A stretch of 64,000 bases of DNA from an uncultured bacterium. Its GTDB lineage: Bacteria > Verrucomicrobiota > Kiritimatiellia > RFP12 > CAIWXQ01. The translations under genes and the position numbers were made by a program. Below the pieces are notes generated by a model. It did not search any database and was not told the DNA's origin. It worked only from the letters and a program-made list of their open reading frames with translations. Shown piece after piece: positions 10,759 to 22,182 of the stretch (the first letter of the stretch is position 1; each line of letters starts with the position of its first letter). The stretch spans positions 23,116 to 87,115 of the forward strand of contig CAIOST010000191.1 of NCBI GenBank assembly GCA_903861045.1. The letters run 5' to 3'.

Positions 10759-11298
10759 TTAGCGGCCCGCAAACGGCAGACCCAACTGGATCAGCAGTTC
10801 GCGCGCCTCCTTATCATTGCGGGCCGTTGTCACAAACGTGATATCCATGCCCTTCTCCGTAGCGCCACCCGTCCCGCCCGCGATCTCGGGAAAGATCGTT
10901 TGTTCCTTCAGGCCAAGCGTGTAATTGCCCCGACCGTCGAAACCGCCGTTGGAAACTCCGCGGAAGTCGCGGATTCGCGGCAACGCCATATTGATTAGGC
11001 GATCCACAAACTCGTACATCCGATTGCCACGCATCGTCACCTTGGCTCCGATGACCATACCTTCGCGCAATTTGAAGTTCGAGATGCTCTTCCGAGCCTT
11101 GCAAAGCATCGGCTGTTGGCCGGTGATTGCGCCTAGATCTTGTAACAGAGACTTCTGCGCATCTTTCTCCACGATGCCGAAGCCCATGTTTACAACCACC
11201 TTGGTGAGCCGAGGCACGAGCATGGGGTTTTCCAACCCCAGCGCCATGCGCAACGCCGGCACCAATTCTTTACGGTATTTATCCTTAAGTCTGGCCAT
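10759..11298 (-). CDS. rplE: 50S ribosomal protein L5
   Basis: 179 aa, [16 protein letters not shown]. Confidence 0.9.
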   Translation of the reverse strand: MARLKDKYRKELVPALRMALGLENPMLVPRLTKVVVNMGFGIVEKDAQKSLLQDLGAITGQQPMLCKARKSISNFKLREGMVIGAKVTMRGNRMYEFVDRLINMALPRIRDFRGVSNGGFDGRGNYTLGLKEQTIFPEIAGGTGGATEKGMDITFVTTARNDKEARELLIQLGLPFAGR

Positions 11299-11309
11299 GT
11301 TCGCCGCTC

Positions 11310-11627
11310 CTACTGCAGCAACTTTCCGGAACGTTTGGACCGGCGAACCAACTGGCCGCCCTGCCGCTCGCGCGTAATGCGCGTGCCCTTCTTCTTGTCC
11401 GGATCATAAGGCATAAGATTCGAAAGATCCACCGGCTTCTCAAGTTTCACAAAACCGCCCTGCGGATTCTGCTGGGACCGGCGCACGGCCTTCGAAACCA
11501 CGTTGACCCCTTCGACCAGCGCTTTACCCTGGTCCGGGAGCACCCGCAGAACCTTGGCCGTCTCCCCCTTGTGCTCGCCTCTGGTGACCATCACCGTGTC
11601 ATCTTTTCTGATACGTGCGATACTCAT
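11310..11627 (-). CDS. rplX: 50S ribosomal protein L24
   Basis: 105 aa, KOW motif. Confidence 0.9.
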   Translation of the reverse strand: MSIARIRKDDTVMVTRGEHKGETAKVLRVLPDQGKALVEGVNVVSKAVRRSQQNPQGGFVKLEKPVDLSNLMPYDPDKKKGTRITRERQGGQLVRRSKRSGKLLQ

Positions 11628-11992
11628 CAGACCACCTCCGGCGCCAGCGAGATCACCTTCATGTAATTCCGATCGCGCAACTCACGCGCCACCGGTCCAA
11701 AGATTCGCGTCCCCAAGGGGTTAAACTTGGCATCCACGATCACGCAGGCATTCTGGTCAAACCGCACCAGCGAACCATCGGCACGCCGGATGCGATGCCC
11801 CGTGCGAACCACAACCGCCAAGCAAACCTGACCCTTCTTAACTGCCCCCGTGGGCATCGCCTCTTTGACGGCCACCTTAATCACATCACCGATGTGGGCA
11901 TACCGCTTCCGCTGCCCGATGATACGGAAGCACATCGCCAGCTTGGCGCCAGTATTATCGGCCACCACCAGTTCGGTACCTTCCTGAATCAT
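11627..11992 (-). CDS. rplN: 50S ribosomal protein L14
   Basis: Start at [17 protein letters not shown] (canonical L14). Confidence 0.88.
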   Translation of the reverse strand: MIQEGTELVVADNTGAKLAMCFRIIGQRKRYAHIGDVIKVAVKEAMPTGAVKKGQVCLAVVVRTGHRIRRADGSLVRFDQNACVIVDAKFNPLGTRIFGPVARELRDRNYMKVISLAPEVV

Positions 11993-12291
11993 GCCTGCTG
12001 CGCTCCTTTGGTGGCCTGTGTCACCGCCACCAACCGCCAGTGCTTGAGTCGGCTGATCGGGCGGCACTCCGATATTTCCACATGATCGCCCACCTGCGCT
12101 TCATTACGCTCATCGTGAGCATGGAACTTCTTAAATTCACGGATTACTTTGCCGTATTTGGGATGCACACGGCGACGCTCTGCCTGCACCACGATGCTCT
12201 TGTTGCCGCTCCTGCTAATCACCACACCCTTGCGGCTTTTGCGGATCTTGCGGACCAGCGTCTCGCTTGTTGTCAACGTCTCGGCCATCAC
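11989..12291 (-). CDS. rpsQ: 30S ribosomal protein S17
   Basis: 100 aa, [27 protein letters not shown]. Confidence 0.9.
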   Translation of the reverse strand: MMAETLTTSETLVRKIRKSRKGVVISRSGNKSIVVQAERRRVHPKYGKVIREFKKFHAHDERNEAQVGDHVEISECRPISRLKHWRLVAVTQATKGAQQA

Positions 12292-12485
12292 TTGCCTACC
12301 TTCCGCGCGTGCGCGATCGTCTGCATGCGCGCCACGTCACGACGCAGCGCACGAATTCGCACCGGCTTTTCAGCGCCTTGCCCCGACCGGTGCTTCAGCT
12401 GCAGATCGCGCAATTCCTGCGTGACCTCGCGGATGCGTCCGTCGAGTTCCTCCGCCTTCAATTCCCTCAATTCCCTCGTCTTCAT
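12288..12485 (-). CDS. rpmC: 50S ribosomal protein L29
   Basis: 65 aa, ELRELKAEELDGRIREVTQELRDLQLK. Confidence 0.88.
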   Translation of the reverse strand: MKTRELRELKAEELDGRIREVTQELRDLQLKHRSGQGAEKPVRIRALRRDVARMQTIAHARKVGK

Positions 12486-12503
12486 TCCTGCCGTCTCCCA
12501 CCG

Positions 12504-12914
12504 CTACTTGCGGCTGATCAACTGCATGCGGAGTCCCATCTTGGTGGCGGCCAGTCGCAGACACTCGCGCGACACAGCTTCCGGTACGCCGCCAACCTCA
12601 AAAATCACCTTGCCCGGCAGCACCACAGCTACCCAGAACTCGGGATTGCCCTTGCCCTTACCCATGCGGACCTCAATAGGCTTGCGGGTGACCGGCTTGT
12701 CGGGAAACACGCGGATCCATAGCTTCCCTTTGCGCTTCATGTGCCGGTTGATGGCGACGCGGCAGGCTTCAATCTGCGTGTTCTTCAACCAGCCGCGTTC
12801 CAGCGACTTGAGGCCGTACTCGCCGTATGCCAAATCCGTGCCGGACGTGGCGTACCCGCTGCGGTTACCCTTAGATTGTTTACGGTGCTTAACCCGCTTA
12901 GGCATGAGAGGCAT
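12504..12914 (-). CDS. rplP: 50S ribosomal protein L16
   Basis: 136 aa, [18 protein letters not shown]. Confidence 0.9.
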   Translation of the reverse strand: MPLMPKRVKHRKQSKGNRSGYATSGTDLAYGEYGLKSLERGWLKNTQIEACRVAINRHMKRKGKLWIRVFPDKPVTRKPIEVRMGKGKGNPEFWVAVVLPGKVIFEVGGVPEAVSRECLRLAATKMGLRMQLISRK

Positions 12915-13569
12915 TGGTGCGTCTCCTGGTATTCGTCCGAGCCGGCTGGAAATCGTCCTTTTTGCAGATCCAGACCTTAACGCCGATCAAACCTGCTGTC
13001 GTATGTGCCTCGGCAAACCCGTAATCAATGTTGGCTCGCAGCGTGTGCAGCGGCACCTTGCCCTGCTTGCTCCACTCAACACGCGCAATTTCGGCGTTAT
13101 TGATGCGGCCACAGCAACGGATCTTGATCCCATCCACGCCCATGTCCATGGCGACTTTTTCCGCGCGCTTGATGGCGCGCTTAATGGCCACACGGCGCTC
13201 AACCTGCTGCGCGATGCTTTCCGACACCAATTGCGCATTGGCATCCGGATCACGCACCTCGTGGATCTCGATATAGATCTCTTTACCGGTGCGCTTCGCC
13301 AAGTCCGCGCGCACCTTGTCGATGTCCTGGCCCTTCCGTCCGATCACAATGCCCGGACGTGCCGTGTGAATGTTAACGCGAACGCGATTGGCATAGCGCT
13401 CGATAATGATCTTCGCGATCGCCGCGTTTTCCAAACTCTTGCGAACTTCCTCGCGGATCATCAGATCCTCCGCCAGAAGTGCGCCAAAATGCTTCTTCCC
13501 GCTGAACCAGCGCGAGCGCCACTGTTTATCCAGGGCGATTCGGAAGCCTATCGGATTGACTTTCTGTCC
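12898..13569 (-). CDS. rpsC: 30S ribosomal protein S3 (start uncertain)
   Basis: The canonical S3 N-terminus [10 protein letters not shown] begins near 13569 (possible TTG start). The ORF-track ATG at 13659 would overlap rplV by 55 nt. Confidence 0.82.
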   Translation of the reverse strand, partial: GQKVNPIGFRIALDKQWRSRWFSGKKHFGALLAEDLMIREEVRKSLENAAIAKIIIERYANRVRVNIHTARPGIVIGRKGQDIDKVRADLAKRTGKEIYIEIHEVRDPDANAQLVSESIAQQVERRVAIKRAIKRAEKVAMDMGVDGIKIRCCGRINNAEIARVEWSKQGKVPLHTLRANIDYGFAEAHTTAGLIGVKVWICKKDDFQPARTNTRRRTNASHA

Positions 13570-13604
13570 CAACGTGCCGCTCCTTCCCGAAAATACCTGC
13601 CAGT

Positions 13605-13958
13605 TTACTCGACTGACGTTTCTGGCTGTCCATCCGTCAACACCACTTTTACGTGGCACAAGCGTCTGGCAATGGGGCTGGCGCTACCGCGCGCCCGACA
13701 CCAATGCCGCCGCATCCGCGTGCCTTCGTCAAACACCGCGAGTTTCACCCGCAGGCGCTCAACGTCTAGGTTGGCGTTGGTCCGCGCGTTAGCAACGGCT
13801 GATGCGAGCGTCTTGCCCAGCGTCAGCGCCGCCTTCTGCGGACTGAAATTTGTAATCTGCAGCGCCTGTGCGACCGAGAGTCCCTGCACCTTACGTGCTA
13901 AAGGACGACCCTTAAGCGCCGAAAGCCGCACATTGCGCGTTATGGCTGTGACATCCAT
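13605..13958 (-). CDS. rplV: 50S ribosomal protein L22
   Basis: 117 aa, operon position and motif. Confidence 0.88.
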   Translation of the reverse strand: MDVTAITRNVRLSALKGRPLARKVQGLSVAQALQITNFSPQKAALTLGKTLASAVANARTNANLDVERLRVKLAVFDEGTRMRRHWCRARGSASPIARRLCHVKVVLTDGQPETSVE

Positions 13959-13967
13959 GCTGCTCTC

Positions 13968-14249
13968 CTACCGCGCCACAACCTTGTCGGTGTGGGTGCC
14001 ATGCGACCGGAACGTACGCGTGGCCGCAAATTCGCCCAAGCGGTGCCCTACCATGTTTTCGGTGATGAAAATCGGAATGTGTTGTCTGCCGTTGTGAATG
14101 GCAAACGTATGCCCGATGAAATCCGGCACGATCATCGACCGGCGCGACCAAGTCTTAATCGGCATTTTCCGGCCGGACTTATTCATCAGCTCGACCTTAC
14201 GGAGGAGCTTGGGTTCCACATAGGGACCTTTTTTGACGGACCGCGCCAT
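13968..14249 (-). CDS. rpsS: 30S ribosomal protein S19
   Basis: 93 aa, [16 protein letters not shown]. Confidence 0.9.
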   Translation of the reverse strand: MARSVKKGPYVEPKLLRKVELMNKSGRKMPIKTWSRRSMIVPDFIGHTFAIHNGRQHIPIFITENMVGHRLGEFAATRTFRSHGTHTDKVVAR

Positions 14250-14252
14250 GGC

Positions 14253-15077
14253 TTACTTTCTCCGCTTCACAATGAATTTGGTGGACGTCTTACGCCGCTG
14301 CCGTGTTTTGCCACCCTTGGCCAACTGTCCCCACGGGGAGCGCGGATGACCGCCACCCGACGTGCGACCCTCCCCACCACCCATTGGATGATCCACCGGA
14401 TTCATCGCCACACCGCGCACCGTCGGTCGAATACCCATCCAGCGTTTGCGGCCGGCCTTACCAAACTCTACTTTGCCCCACTCCGCATTACCTACCATTC
14501 CGACGGTGGCCATGCAATGCACATTCACGCGGCGCACCTCGCCCGATGGCAACCGCAACGTGGCAAAACCGCCTTCGCGCGCCATCACCTGGCAACTGTT
14601 TCCCGCCGAGCGAGCCAACACCCCACCGCGTCCAGGGACCAACTCAATGTTGTGGACAAACAATCCCAGCGGCACCTTCTCAAGCGGGATCGCATTGCCG
14701 ACACTGGGGTCCGCATCCGGGCCCGACAGCACCAACGCACCAACCAGCAGACCGTCCGGGGCCAAAATGTAGCGCTTCTCGCCGTCCACATAGTTCAACA
14801 ACGCGAGGTTGGCGGTGCGATTGGGATCGTACGCAATCGCTGCTACGCGCGCCGGAATGCCAATCTTGTCACGCCGAAAATCAACGATGCGGTAACGTGT
14901 CTTAGCCCCGCCGCCGCGATGGCGCACCGTAATGCGTCCCGCGTTATTGCGCCCCGAGCCACGCTTACGCGCCTCCGTCAACCCGCGCTCCGGACGCTGC
15001 TTCGTTATCTCATCAAACGTCTGGGCTACGTGATGCCGTTGCCCATCGGATGTCGGTTTAAAATTCTTGAGACCCAT
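14253..15077 (-). CDS. rplB: 50S ribosomal protein L2
   Basis: 274 aa, L2 signature ([16 protein letters not shown]). Confidence 0.9.
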   Translation of the reverse strand: MGLKNFKPTSDGQRHHVAQTFDEITKQRPERGLTEARKRGSGRNNAGRITVRHRGGGAKTRYRIVDFRRDKIGIPARVAAIAYDPNRTANLALLNYVDGEKRYILAPDGLLVGALVLSGPDADPSVGNAIPLEKVPLGLFVHNIELVPGRGGVLARSAGNSCQVMAREGGFATLRLPSGEVRRVNVHCMATVGMVGNAEWGKVEFGKAGRKRWMGIRPTVRGVAMNPVDHPMGGGEGRTSGGGHPRSPWGQLAKGGKTRQRRKTSTKFIVKRRK

Positions 15078-15099
15078 GTCGCATTATCCTCCGGCAGCG

Positions 15100-15378
15100 T
15101 TATACGGCCTCGATCCGCTCGCCCGCCTTGAGTGTCACAATCGCGCGCTTCCAACCCGGCGTGCGGACCGTGCGACGACTACGTAACACGCGCGTTTCGC
15201 CCTTATAAGTCTGCGTGTTGACGGCCTGCACATGCACACCAAACTGCTTCTCAACCGCCAGGCGGATCTCGGGCTTGGTGGCCCTGGGTGCCACTTCCAA
15301 CTGGAACTGGTGCAACCCGCCCAGGATGGTGCCCTTCTCGGTCACCTGAATCCTTCGGATGATACCCGCGTGCTTCAT
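15100..15378 (-). CDS. rplW: 50S ribosomal protein L23
   Basis: 92 aa. Confidence 0.88.
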   Translation of the reverse strand: MKHAGIIRRIQVTEKGTILGGLHQFQLEVAPRATKPEIRLAVEKQFGVHVQAVNTQTYKGETRVLRSRRTVRTPGWKRAIVTLKAGERIEAV

Positions 15379-16019
15379 GCCACAACCTCCGCCTTCTTGC
15401 CCATGCGCGCCGCCAAAGCCGCTAAGCCTGAGCGTGTCGCCAGGACCTTCCGATGGCGAACCAAATCATATACACTAACATCGGCCGCTCTGGCAACATC
15501 AACCTTTGGGAGATTTCGCGCGGCACGCACCAGCATCGCGTCAGGCCGATCAACGACGATCAAGCAGCCCCTGGTTATTCCGACCTTCGCGAGGAGCGCG
15601 GCCAACAATTTGGTCTTGGCTTCGGTCATCTCCAAGGATTCAATCACCAACAAGCCATCCGCCTGGATCCGCTCGCTCAAGGCATGACGAAATGCCAGCT
15701 GTGCCACTTTGCGATTGATCTTACCCTCATAGCTGCGAGGACGCGGACCGAAGGCTACCGCACCACCACGCCACACGGGGGACTGTCGCAAACCAGCACG
15801 GGCTCGCCCCGTACCCTTCTGCTTCCACGGCTTCTTGTTGCTCCCGGCCACTTCCCCCTTGGAAAGCGTCGAAGCGGTACCGGCGCGACGCGCATTCTGC
15901 GTCGCCACGACTACATCCTTCACGGCCTGGTCGCCTCGGTCCAGCACCAGCAGCGTTTCATCAAACGCCACCTCACCGCCTGCTTCCCCGGTCGTCTTAT
16001 AAAACTTCATCGAGCTCAT
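15375..16019 (-). CDS. rplD: 50S ribosomal protein L4
   Basis: 214 aa. Confidence 0.88.
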   Translation of the reverse strand: MSSMKFYKTTGEAGGEVAFDETLLVLDRGDQAVKDVVVATQNARRAGTASTLSKGEVAGSNKKPWKQKGTGRARAGLRQSPVWRGGAVAFGPRPRSYEGKINRKVAQLAFRHALSERIQADGLLVIESLEMTEAKTKLLAALLAKVGITRGCLIVVDRPDAMLVRAARNLPKVDVARAADVSVYDLVRHRKVLATRSGLAALAARMGKKAEVVA

Positions 16020-16025
16020 GGGATC

Positions 16026-16655
16026 TTACCCCTTCAGGAGGGCCTTACTGATCAACACCAGGCCGCCAACCGGCCCCGGGACCGCGCCCCGCACCAACAG
16101 CAGGTTATCATCCTTACGAACCTGAACTACCGCCAAATTCCGCGCCTTGCGTGTCACAGCGCCCATGTGTCCCGGCATGCGCTTGCCCTTATGTACCCAA
16201 CCGGGTAGATCACGGGCTCCAATGCCACCCACTCGGCGCTTGGAATGACCGCCATGTGTCATCGGGCCACCCGCCATGCGATAGCGACGCACGACCCCAG
16301 CGAAGCCGCGACCCTTGGTAGTTGCCGAAACATCCACCATGGCCACGCCATCAAAAATACCAACGGTCACCTGGTCGCCAACCTTGCACGCTTCCCCGTT
16401 GTCCAGACGGAACTCCCGCAGGGTCCGACACGGTTCCAAGCCCACCTTCTCAAAACGGGTGGCCTCGGCTTTGGACATACGGCGCGCCTGCTGGGGTCCA
16501 AACCCTAGCTGGGCGGCCGCGTAGCCGTCTTTTGCCACCGCCTTGAGTTGCACGACCGGACACGGTCCGGCTTCCAAAATCGTCACGACCACACGCTTAC
16601 CCTGGGCGTCCCAGACTTGCGTCATGCCGATCTTTTTTCCAATCAATCCTTGCAT
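16026..16655 (-). CDS. rplC: 50S ribosomal protein L3
   Basis: Start at MQGLIGKKIGMTQVW (canonical L3). The upstream ATG would overlap rpsJ. Confidence 0.88.
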   Translation of the reverse strand: MQGLIGKKIGMTQVWDAQGKRVVVTILEAGPCPVVQLKAVAKDGYAAAQLGFGPQQARRMSKAEATRFEKVGLEPCRTLREFRLDNGEACKVGDQVTVGIFDGVAMVDVSATTKGRGFAGVVRRYRMAGGPMTHGGHSKRRVGGIGARDLPGWVHKGKRMPGHMGAVTRKARNLAVVQVRKDDNLLLVRGAVPGPVGGLVLISKALLKG

Positions 16656-16671
16656 GGTTGCTCCATCCCGC

Positions 16672-16980
16672 CTAGATGCGGATTGAGATGTCCACACCCG
16701 CGGGCAGATTCAGCTTCTTCAGTTCGTCCACCGTCTTAGCCGTGGGGCTTACGATGTCGAGCAGCCGTTTATGCGTCCGCATTTCAAACTGGTCCATGGA
16801 CTTCTTGTCCACGTGGGGGCTCCGGTTCACGGTGAAACGCTCGATCCGCGTAGGGAGCGGAATCGGTCCCACCACCTGAGCCCCGGTGCCACGGGCCGTG
16901 TCGATGATGTCCGTCACGGCCTGATCAAGCACTCGGTGGTCGTATCCTTGCAATCGAATGCGTATGCGCTGACTTTGCAT
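16672..16980 (-). CDS. rpsJ: 30S ribosomal protein S10
   Basis: 102 aa, [25 protein letters not shown] Shine-Dalgarno lies inside the fusA 3' end, only 7 bp after the fusA stop. Confidence 0.9.
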   Translation of the reverse strand: MQSQRIRIRLQGYDHRVLDQAVTDIIDTARGTGAQVVGPIPLPTRIERFTVNRSPHVDKKSMDQFEMRTHKRLLDIVSPTAKTVDELKKLNLPAGVDISIRI

Positions 16981-16987
16981 TCTCGCT

Positions 16988-19186
16988 TCACCTGTTCAAT
17001 AGTTGTTCTCTGACTGTCTTCGGCACCACAGCGAATTCGTCGGGTTCCATCGTGTAGCTGGCGCGTCCGCGCGTAAGCGATCGAATCGCTCCCGCGTACC
17101 CGAACAATTCCGCCAGCGGCACATGCGCGCGAATGATTTGCGTGTCGCCACGCATCGTCATCTCACGCACCTGACCGCGCCGACCGTTCACGTCCCCGAT
17201 CACCTCGCCGACGTGCTCCGGCGGCGTGACGATGTCCAGGCACATGATCGGTTCCAGCAACTCGGGGTGCGCCGCCTGCGCTGCCTCCCGGAACGCCATG
17301 ACCGCCGCCGTCCGAAAGGCCACATCCGTGGCCATTTCCTCGTCCGCGATCGCCACTTCCTTCACGCGTGCCAGCACGTCCGTCATAGGACAGCGCGCCA
17401 ACACACCGGTCAAAATGCCATCCGTCAAACCCTGTTCCAAACACGCACGCAACGCTTCGCTGCTGTCCAGCGCACGGAGAGCGCCAGCCATTACTTCCGT
17501 TGCATGCCCGCTTCCTCGTTCACGCGGCACAACTTCCACAGTGACCCGGGCCCAATGGCGCTTGCCGCCGAGCTCGCGATCAAACAAATGCGTGGCGCAA
17601 GCTGTGGCCGTCACCGTCTCGTAGTAGGAGACCATCGGCCGGCCGGTATTGGCTTCCACTGAAAACTCGCGGCGCAGACGATCCACCAGTATCTCCAGGT
17701 GTAACTCGCCCATGCCACTCAAAATTGTCTGTCCGGTGTCGTTATCCACCCGCACGACGCAGGTCGGATCTTCCGACGCCAACGCGTGCAACGCAACTTC
17801 CAGCTTGTCTCGATCGGCCCGCGACTTCGGTTCAATCGCCATGAACATCACGGGTTCCGGGGCCTGGATTCTTTCCAGGGCCGCCGGCTGATGCTCCGCG
17901 CACAGGGTGTCGCCGGTTGTCGCTTCCTTCAGTCCGATCACGGCGCCGATGTCGCCGGCGTACAGCGTCTCGCACTCACTCTGCGCGTCGGCAAACAACC
18001 GCACCAACTTCAGCACCCGCTCCCGCTTTTTGGTGCGCGGGTTATAGGCGTTCTGCCCCTTGCGCAGTTTGCCGGCATACATGCGTAAGAAAAACAGCCT
18101 CCCCACATACGGGTCTGTGGCAATCTTAAACACCAGGGCGCTCAACGGCGCATCGTCATCTGCTTCCCGCAGGATGCGATCGCCGCTCTTGACATCCGTG
18201 GCCTCCACCGGCGGCCGGTCTGCCGGGGATGGCAAGTAGGCCAACACCGCGTCTAGCAAAGGCTGCACGCCCTTGTTACGCAGCGAGGATCCACATAGCA
18301 CGGGCACCAATCGTCCAGTCAACGTGGCCCGCCGAATGGCGGCGCTCACAACATCTGCTTCCAGATCGGAATTTTCCAGGTACAACGGTACCAGCGCTTC
18401 ATCTACTTCGGCTACCTGCTCGATCAAATGCGTCCGGGCCCTTTCAGCAGTTTCCCGCAACGCTTCCGGGATTGGCTGCCGACTGACGTCGCGACCCTTG
18501 CTAACCTCCTCGAAGGTTACCAGCTCACGCGCCAGAAGATCTATCACACCCTGAAACCCGGCTTCCCGCCCCCAGGGGATGACTAGTGGCACGGCATTGG
18601 CTGACAATTTTTTACGGATCTCGCCGACGACCGCATCAAAATCAGCGCCCAAGCGATCCATCTTATTGATGAAAGCCAGTCGCGGTACCCGGTATTTGTC
18701 GGCCTGACGCCAGACCGTTTCCGATTGCGGCTGCACTCCACCCACCGCACAGAACACGCCGACCGCACCATCGAGGACGCGCAGCGAGCGCTCCACCTCA
18801 ATCGTGAAATCCACGTGACCGGGCGTGTCAATGATGTTGATCTGCGTATCATGCCACGCACAGGTAATCGCAGCGCTCGTAATCGTAATACCGCGTTCCC
18901 GCTCCTGGATCATCCAGTCCGTGACGGTGTTACCATCATCGACGTTGCCCAGCTTGTGCGTGCGTCCGGCGTAGAATAAAATGCGCTCGGTGGTCGTGGT
19001 TTTGCCCGCATCAATATGCGCCACGATCCCGATATTGCGAACCTGGCTGAGTGCGACCTCACGCCCATCCGACTTTACGTCGGACTTGCTCGCTTTACAC
19101 TCTTTACCTTTACCGTCCAAGACGCCTGCTCCACGCGAATTTTCAAAGAACAAAGTGACGACCAACGGCCGTCCTGCGTCTACCAC
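16988..19186 (-). CDS. fusA: elongation factor G (N-terminal boundary uncertain)
   Basis: [24 protein letters not shown]-domain and full EF-G length. The ATG at 19186 overlaps the rpsG stop by 7 nt. A TTG at 19120 would give a shorter N-terminus. No tuf follows. Confidence 0.88.
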   Translation of the reverse strand: MVDAGRPLVVTLFFENSRGAGVLDGKGKECKASKSDVKSDGREVALSQVRNIGIVAHIDAGKTTTTERILFYAGRTHKLGNVDDGNTVTDWMIQERERGITITSAAITCAWHDTQINIIDTPGHVDFTIEVERSLRVLDGAVGVFCAVGGVQPQSETVWRQADKYRVPRLAFINKMDRLGADFDAVVGEIRKKLSANAVPLVIPWGREAGFQGVIDLLARELVTFEEVSKGRDVSRQPIPEALRETAERARTHLIEQVAEVDEALVPLYLENSDLEADVVSAAIRRATLTGRLVPVLCGSSLRNKGVQPLLDAVLAYLPSPADRPPVEATDVKSGDRILREADDDAPLSALVFKIATDPYVGRLFFLRMYAGKLRKGQNAYNPRTKKRERVLKLVRLFADAQSECETLYAGDIGAVIGLKEATTGDTLCAEHQPAALERIQAPEPVMFMAIEPKSRADRDKLEVALHALASEDPTCVVRVDNDTGQTILSGMGELHLEILVDRLRREFSVEANTGRPMVSYYETVTATACATHLFDRELGGKRHWARVTVEVVPRERGSGHATEVMAGALRALDSSEALRACLEQGLTDGILTGVLARCPMTDVLARVKEVAIADEEMATDVAFRTAAVMAFREAAQAAHPELLEPIMCLDIVTPPEHVGEVIGDVNGRRGQVREMTMRGDTQIIRAHVPLAELFGYAGAIRSLTRGRASYTMEPDEFAVVPKTVREQLLNR

Positions 19187-19650
19187 GCATAATGAGCGAA
19201 GGCTTTGTTAGCCTGGGCCATCTTATGCGTCTCGTCGCGCTTCTTAATGACATTGCCCTGTCCGTTGTAGGCTTCGAGCAATTCCAAAGCAATGGCCTTC
19301 GGCATGGGGGTGCCCCGGCGTGTGCTGGCATATTGCGCCATCCAGCGCAACGCCAACGCCAGCTGACGGGCTGGCCGGATCTCGACCGGCACCTGATAGG
19401 TCGTGCCACCCACGCGCCGCGACTTCACTTCGACCTTGGGCTTCATGTTGCCAATCGCCTGATCGAGCACTTCCAGCGGGTCCCTGCTGGTCTTGGCACC
19501 CATCTCATCGAGTGCACCGTAAACGATGTGCTCGGCGGTGGTCTTTTTGCCACGCTTCATCATGCTGCTGATGACACGCGCGACCAGTTCACTATTGAAC
19601 TTAGGGTCCGCCGTCAACCGCCGCTTGCTAGCTCTGCGCCTTCTCGACAT
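19180..19650 (-). CDS. rpsG: 30S ribosomal protein S7
   Basis: 156 aa, [27 protein letters not shown]. Confidence 0.9.
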   Translation of the reverse strand: MSRRRRASKRRLTADPKFNSELVARVISSMMKRGKKTTAEHIVYGALDEMGAKTSRDPLEVLDQAIGNMKPKVEVKSRRVGGTTYQVPVEIRPARQLALALRWMAQYASTRRGTPMPKAIALELLEAYNGQGNVIKKRDETHKMAQANKAFAHYAW

Positions 19651-19670
19651 AAGTTAGCCCCGCTTCAACC

Positions 19671-20057
19671 TTACTTCTTCTCTTCCTGCTTCGGCACCTT
19701 GACGCCGTACTTCGAACGGCTACGGTTCCGACCCTTGACGCCGAGGCTGTCCAGACAGCCGCGCACGATGTGGTACCGCACGCCGGGCAGATCCTTGACT
19801 CGCCCTCCGCGCACCAGTACGACGCTGTGCTCCTGCAAATTGTGCCCTTCGCCAGGGATATAGGCCGTGACCTCGTATCCCGTAGTCAGACGCACACGCG
19901 CCACCTTACGCAACGCCGAATTCGGCTTCTTGGGCGTCTGGGTCTTCACGACCAGACAGACTCCGCGACGTTGCGGACATGACTGGAGCGCCGGCGACTT
20001 GCTCTTCTTCCGCAGCGGCGAGCGTCCCTTGCGAACAAGTTGGTTAATGGTCGGCAT
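19671..20057 (-). CDS. rpsL: 30S ribosomal protein S12
   Basis: Start at [12 protein letters not shown]; [13 protein letters not shown]...[10 protein letters not shown] conserved. Confidence 0.9.
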   Translation of the reverse strand: MPTINQLVRKGRSPLRKKSKSPALQSCPQRRGVCLVVKTQTPKKPNSALRKVARVRLTTGYEVTAYIPGEGHNLQEHSVVLVRGGRVKDLPGVRYHIVRGCLDSLGVKGRNRSRSKYGVKVPKQEEKK

Positions 20058-20227
20058 GCAGTACAATCCTTCTGATGAATCGGAAAGGCATGAACTATAG
20101 CAAGCGGCGTCCCGCTACGCAAGCCCCCAAGTGAAAATATTTTCGGCGCGGTCCGGGCGCCGGCGGTTTCGCGCCAGCGGGCACGCAGGCCGGGCGGCGC
20201 ACGTCTAATGTTTTGTGGCTAATACAA

Positions 20228-20245
20228 TGTTTGTACATACAAACA
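20228..20245. promoter_or_regulatory. 18-bp AT-rich perfect palindrome TGTTTGTAcaTACAAACA (candidate operator) in the rpsL/amtB divergent region
   Basis: 8-bp arms pair perfectly around a 2-nt centre. Embedded in otherwise >70% GC DNA, ~170 bp upstream of the rpsL start. Confidence 0.35.
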
Positions 20246-20737
20246 AGTGGCCCGCCGGGTGGGCCACGCGGAGGGGTGGCCCACGGGGCGCGGCGCGGGC
20301 GGGCCCAGTCGGCCCGGGGGGGGGCGAGGGCCTCAGCCGTGGCCCGCCGTGAGCGGCTGATTCCTGTGCAGGTGGCACGAGTGGGGGGCAAGCCGGATGC
20401 CCGCGCCGCGCATGCGCGGGCGCGCTAGCTGCCAGGGGGCCGACCACGGACACACAGCAGCATCGCGCGTATCCTGCAAGATAAGGGCGGGAGCCTAGGT
20501 GCTAATACGACACGCGATAGGACAGCACGAGCACACACGCCGGGCAGAAGGAACGAATTTGTTGCCATCCCGCCAAAAACAACAGAAATGTTAGTATATG
20601 GCGCTCTTTGAGCTAGTCGGCCGTCTTTCGCCTTGCCTTAGCGCGTCACATATTTTTATGATAACATGCTGCAAACAAACATTTTATGCAATTATGTAAT
20701 CGTATAGGCCGATGCGGTAAGCAAGAACGCCACGACA

Positions 20738-20753
20738 TGGCACGCACCTTGCG
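20738..20753 (+). promoter_or_regulatory. candidate sigma-54 (-24/-12) promoter for amtB-glnK
   Basis: TGGCACgcaccTTGCG matches TGGCAC-N5-TTGCW. Ends ~64 bp upstream of the amtB ATG. Confidence 0.45.
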
Positions 20754-20816
20754 AAGTAGGGCCCGACTCGGCATGCATTATCAGCCATCAGACAAAAAAA
20801 CAGGAAACCCGTCATA

Positions 20817-22160
20817 ATGAAGATCAGGTCTTCACCTCGCCAGCGCCTTTTTTGGCTGACTGGCATTCTGCTGTGCAGCCTCTCGCCCTACGCGCAAGCC
20901 GCCACAAATGTACCAACCACCATTACTTCAGCTGATACCGTCTGGGTGCTGTTTAGCACCTCGCTGGTCATGCTGATGATGCCCGGCCTGGCATTCTTCT
21001 ATGGTGGCCTGGTGCGGCGGAAAAGCATTCTTTCCATTCTCATGCAATGCTTCATGCTCATGTGTATCATCAGTCTACAATGGGTGTTCTGCGGATATTC
21101 CCTGAGTTTCGGGCCGGATATCGGCACGGTGATCGGCAGCTTAAAGTGGATGGGGCTACAGTCCATCGGCGCCGAGGCCTCCCCTTACGCCCCCCGGGTG
21201 CCGCATCTGGCCTTTGTGCTTTTTCAGATGATGTTCGCAGTCATCACACCGGGCCTGATCATCGGGGCCTTCGTCGAGCGTATGCGCTTCTCGGCCTTCT
21301 GCTTCTTCAGCCTGCTTTGGGTCACCTTGGTATATTGCCCGGTGGCTCACTGGGTATGGGGTGCCGGCGGATTCCTAGGCACGCAGGGGGGTGCGGGTGC
21401 GGTAGATTTTGCCGGCGGCATTGTGGTACACATCAATGCCGGCATGGCCGCGCTGGCAGCGGTTGTGGTGCTGGGCAAGCGCAAAGGATTCCCGCACTCT
21501 ATCTCCCCGCCCCACAACCTCCCATTCGCCACACTGGGTGCGGCATTATTATGGTTTGGCTGGTACGGTTTCAATGCGGGTAGTGCGCTCGCGGCCAACT
21601 CCGTCGCCGTCCATGCCTTCCTCGCCACCCATGTGGCGGGGGCCGCCGGCGGCTTGCTTTGGTCGCTGCTCGACTGGTTAAAATTTGGCAAGCCTACCAC
21701 GCTGGGGATGATCACCGGTGCCGTCGGAGGTCTCGCATCCGTGACGCCTGCGGCAGGGTATGTCACCATGGGCGGAGCCATCTGGATCGGCATCGGCGCC
21801 GGGATCATCTGCTGGGCCTCGGTTACCGCACTCAAGGCCCGCTTGCAATACGACGACTCGCTCGACGCCTTTGGCGTGCATGGCGTGGGCGGCATTTGGG
21901 GAACCTTAGCCGTAGGCCTATGGGCCTGCCGCGCCGTCAACCCGGAGGCCGGTATTGATGGCCTTTTCTATGGCAATCCCTGGCAGCTCTGGCTTCAAAC
22001 CAAAGCCGTACTCGTCACCATGCTCTACTCCTTCGTCGCCTCCCTGATCTTATTCAAGGTCGTGGACTTTGTCATTGGCTTACGCGTTACTGACCATGAG
22101 GAGTCGGTCGGACTCGACCTGACCCAGCACCGGGAAGCAGCCTACACGCAACTGGATTAA
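20817..22160 (+). CDS. amtB: ammonium transporter AmtB (with signal peptide)
   Basis: 447 aa, N-terminal signal peptide (LSPYAQAATNV), Amt/MEP family membrane topology, followed by P-II gene. Confidence 0.9.
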   Translation: MKIRSSPRQRLFWLTGILLCSLSPYAQAATNVPTTITSADTVWVLFSTSLVMLMMPGLAFFYGGLVRRKSILSILMQCFMLMCIISLQWVFCGYSLSFGPDIGTVIGSLKWMGLQSIGAEASPYAPRVPHLAFVLFQMMFAVITPGLIIGAFVERMRFSAFCFFSLLWVTLVYCPVAHWVWGAGGFLGTQGGAGAVDFAGGIVVHINAGMAALAAVVVLGKRKGFPHSISPPHNLPFATLGAALLWFGWYGFNAGSALAANSVAVHAFLATHVAGAAGGLLWSLLDWLKFGKPTTLGMITGAVGGLASVTPAAGYVTMGGAIWIGIGAGIICWASVTALKARLQYDDSLDAFGVHGVGGIWGTLAVGLWACRAVNPEAGIDGLFYGNPWQLWLQTKAVLVTMLYSFVASLILFKVVDFVIGLRVTDHEESVGLDLTQHREAAYTQLD

Positions 22161-22182
22161 TTGGCACCACGGGGAACCCCAC

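Noticed and set aside
2294-15687. Long plus-strand ORFs overlapping ribosomal genes (for example 2294..3460, 12040..14097, 13992..15131)
   Set aside because: They are opposite-strand shadows of highly conserved r-protein genes, with low-complexity translations.
16988-19186. Annotating the fusA N-terminal 30 residues ([21 protein letters not shown]...) as a genuine extension
   Set aside because: The sequence is not EF-G-like. The true start may be the downstream TTG (~19120). Left as boundary uncertainty.
20095-20453. Three overlapping ORFs (98, 82 and 71 aa) in the GC-rich intergenic island
   Set aside because: Pro/Arg/Ala/Gly-only translations caused by ~80% GC. Treated as a non-coding structured element instead.
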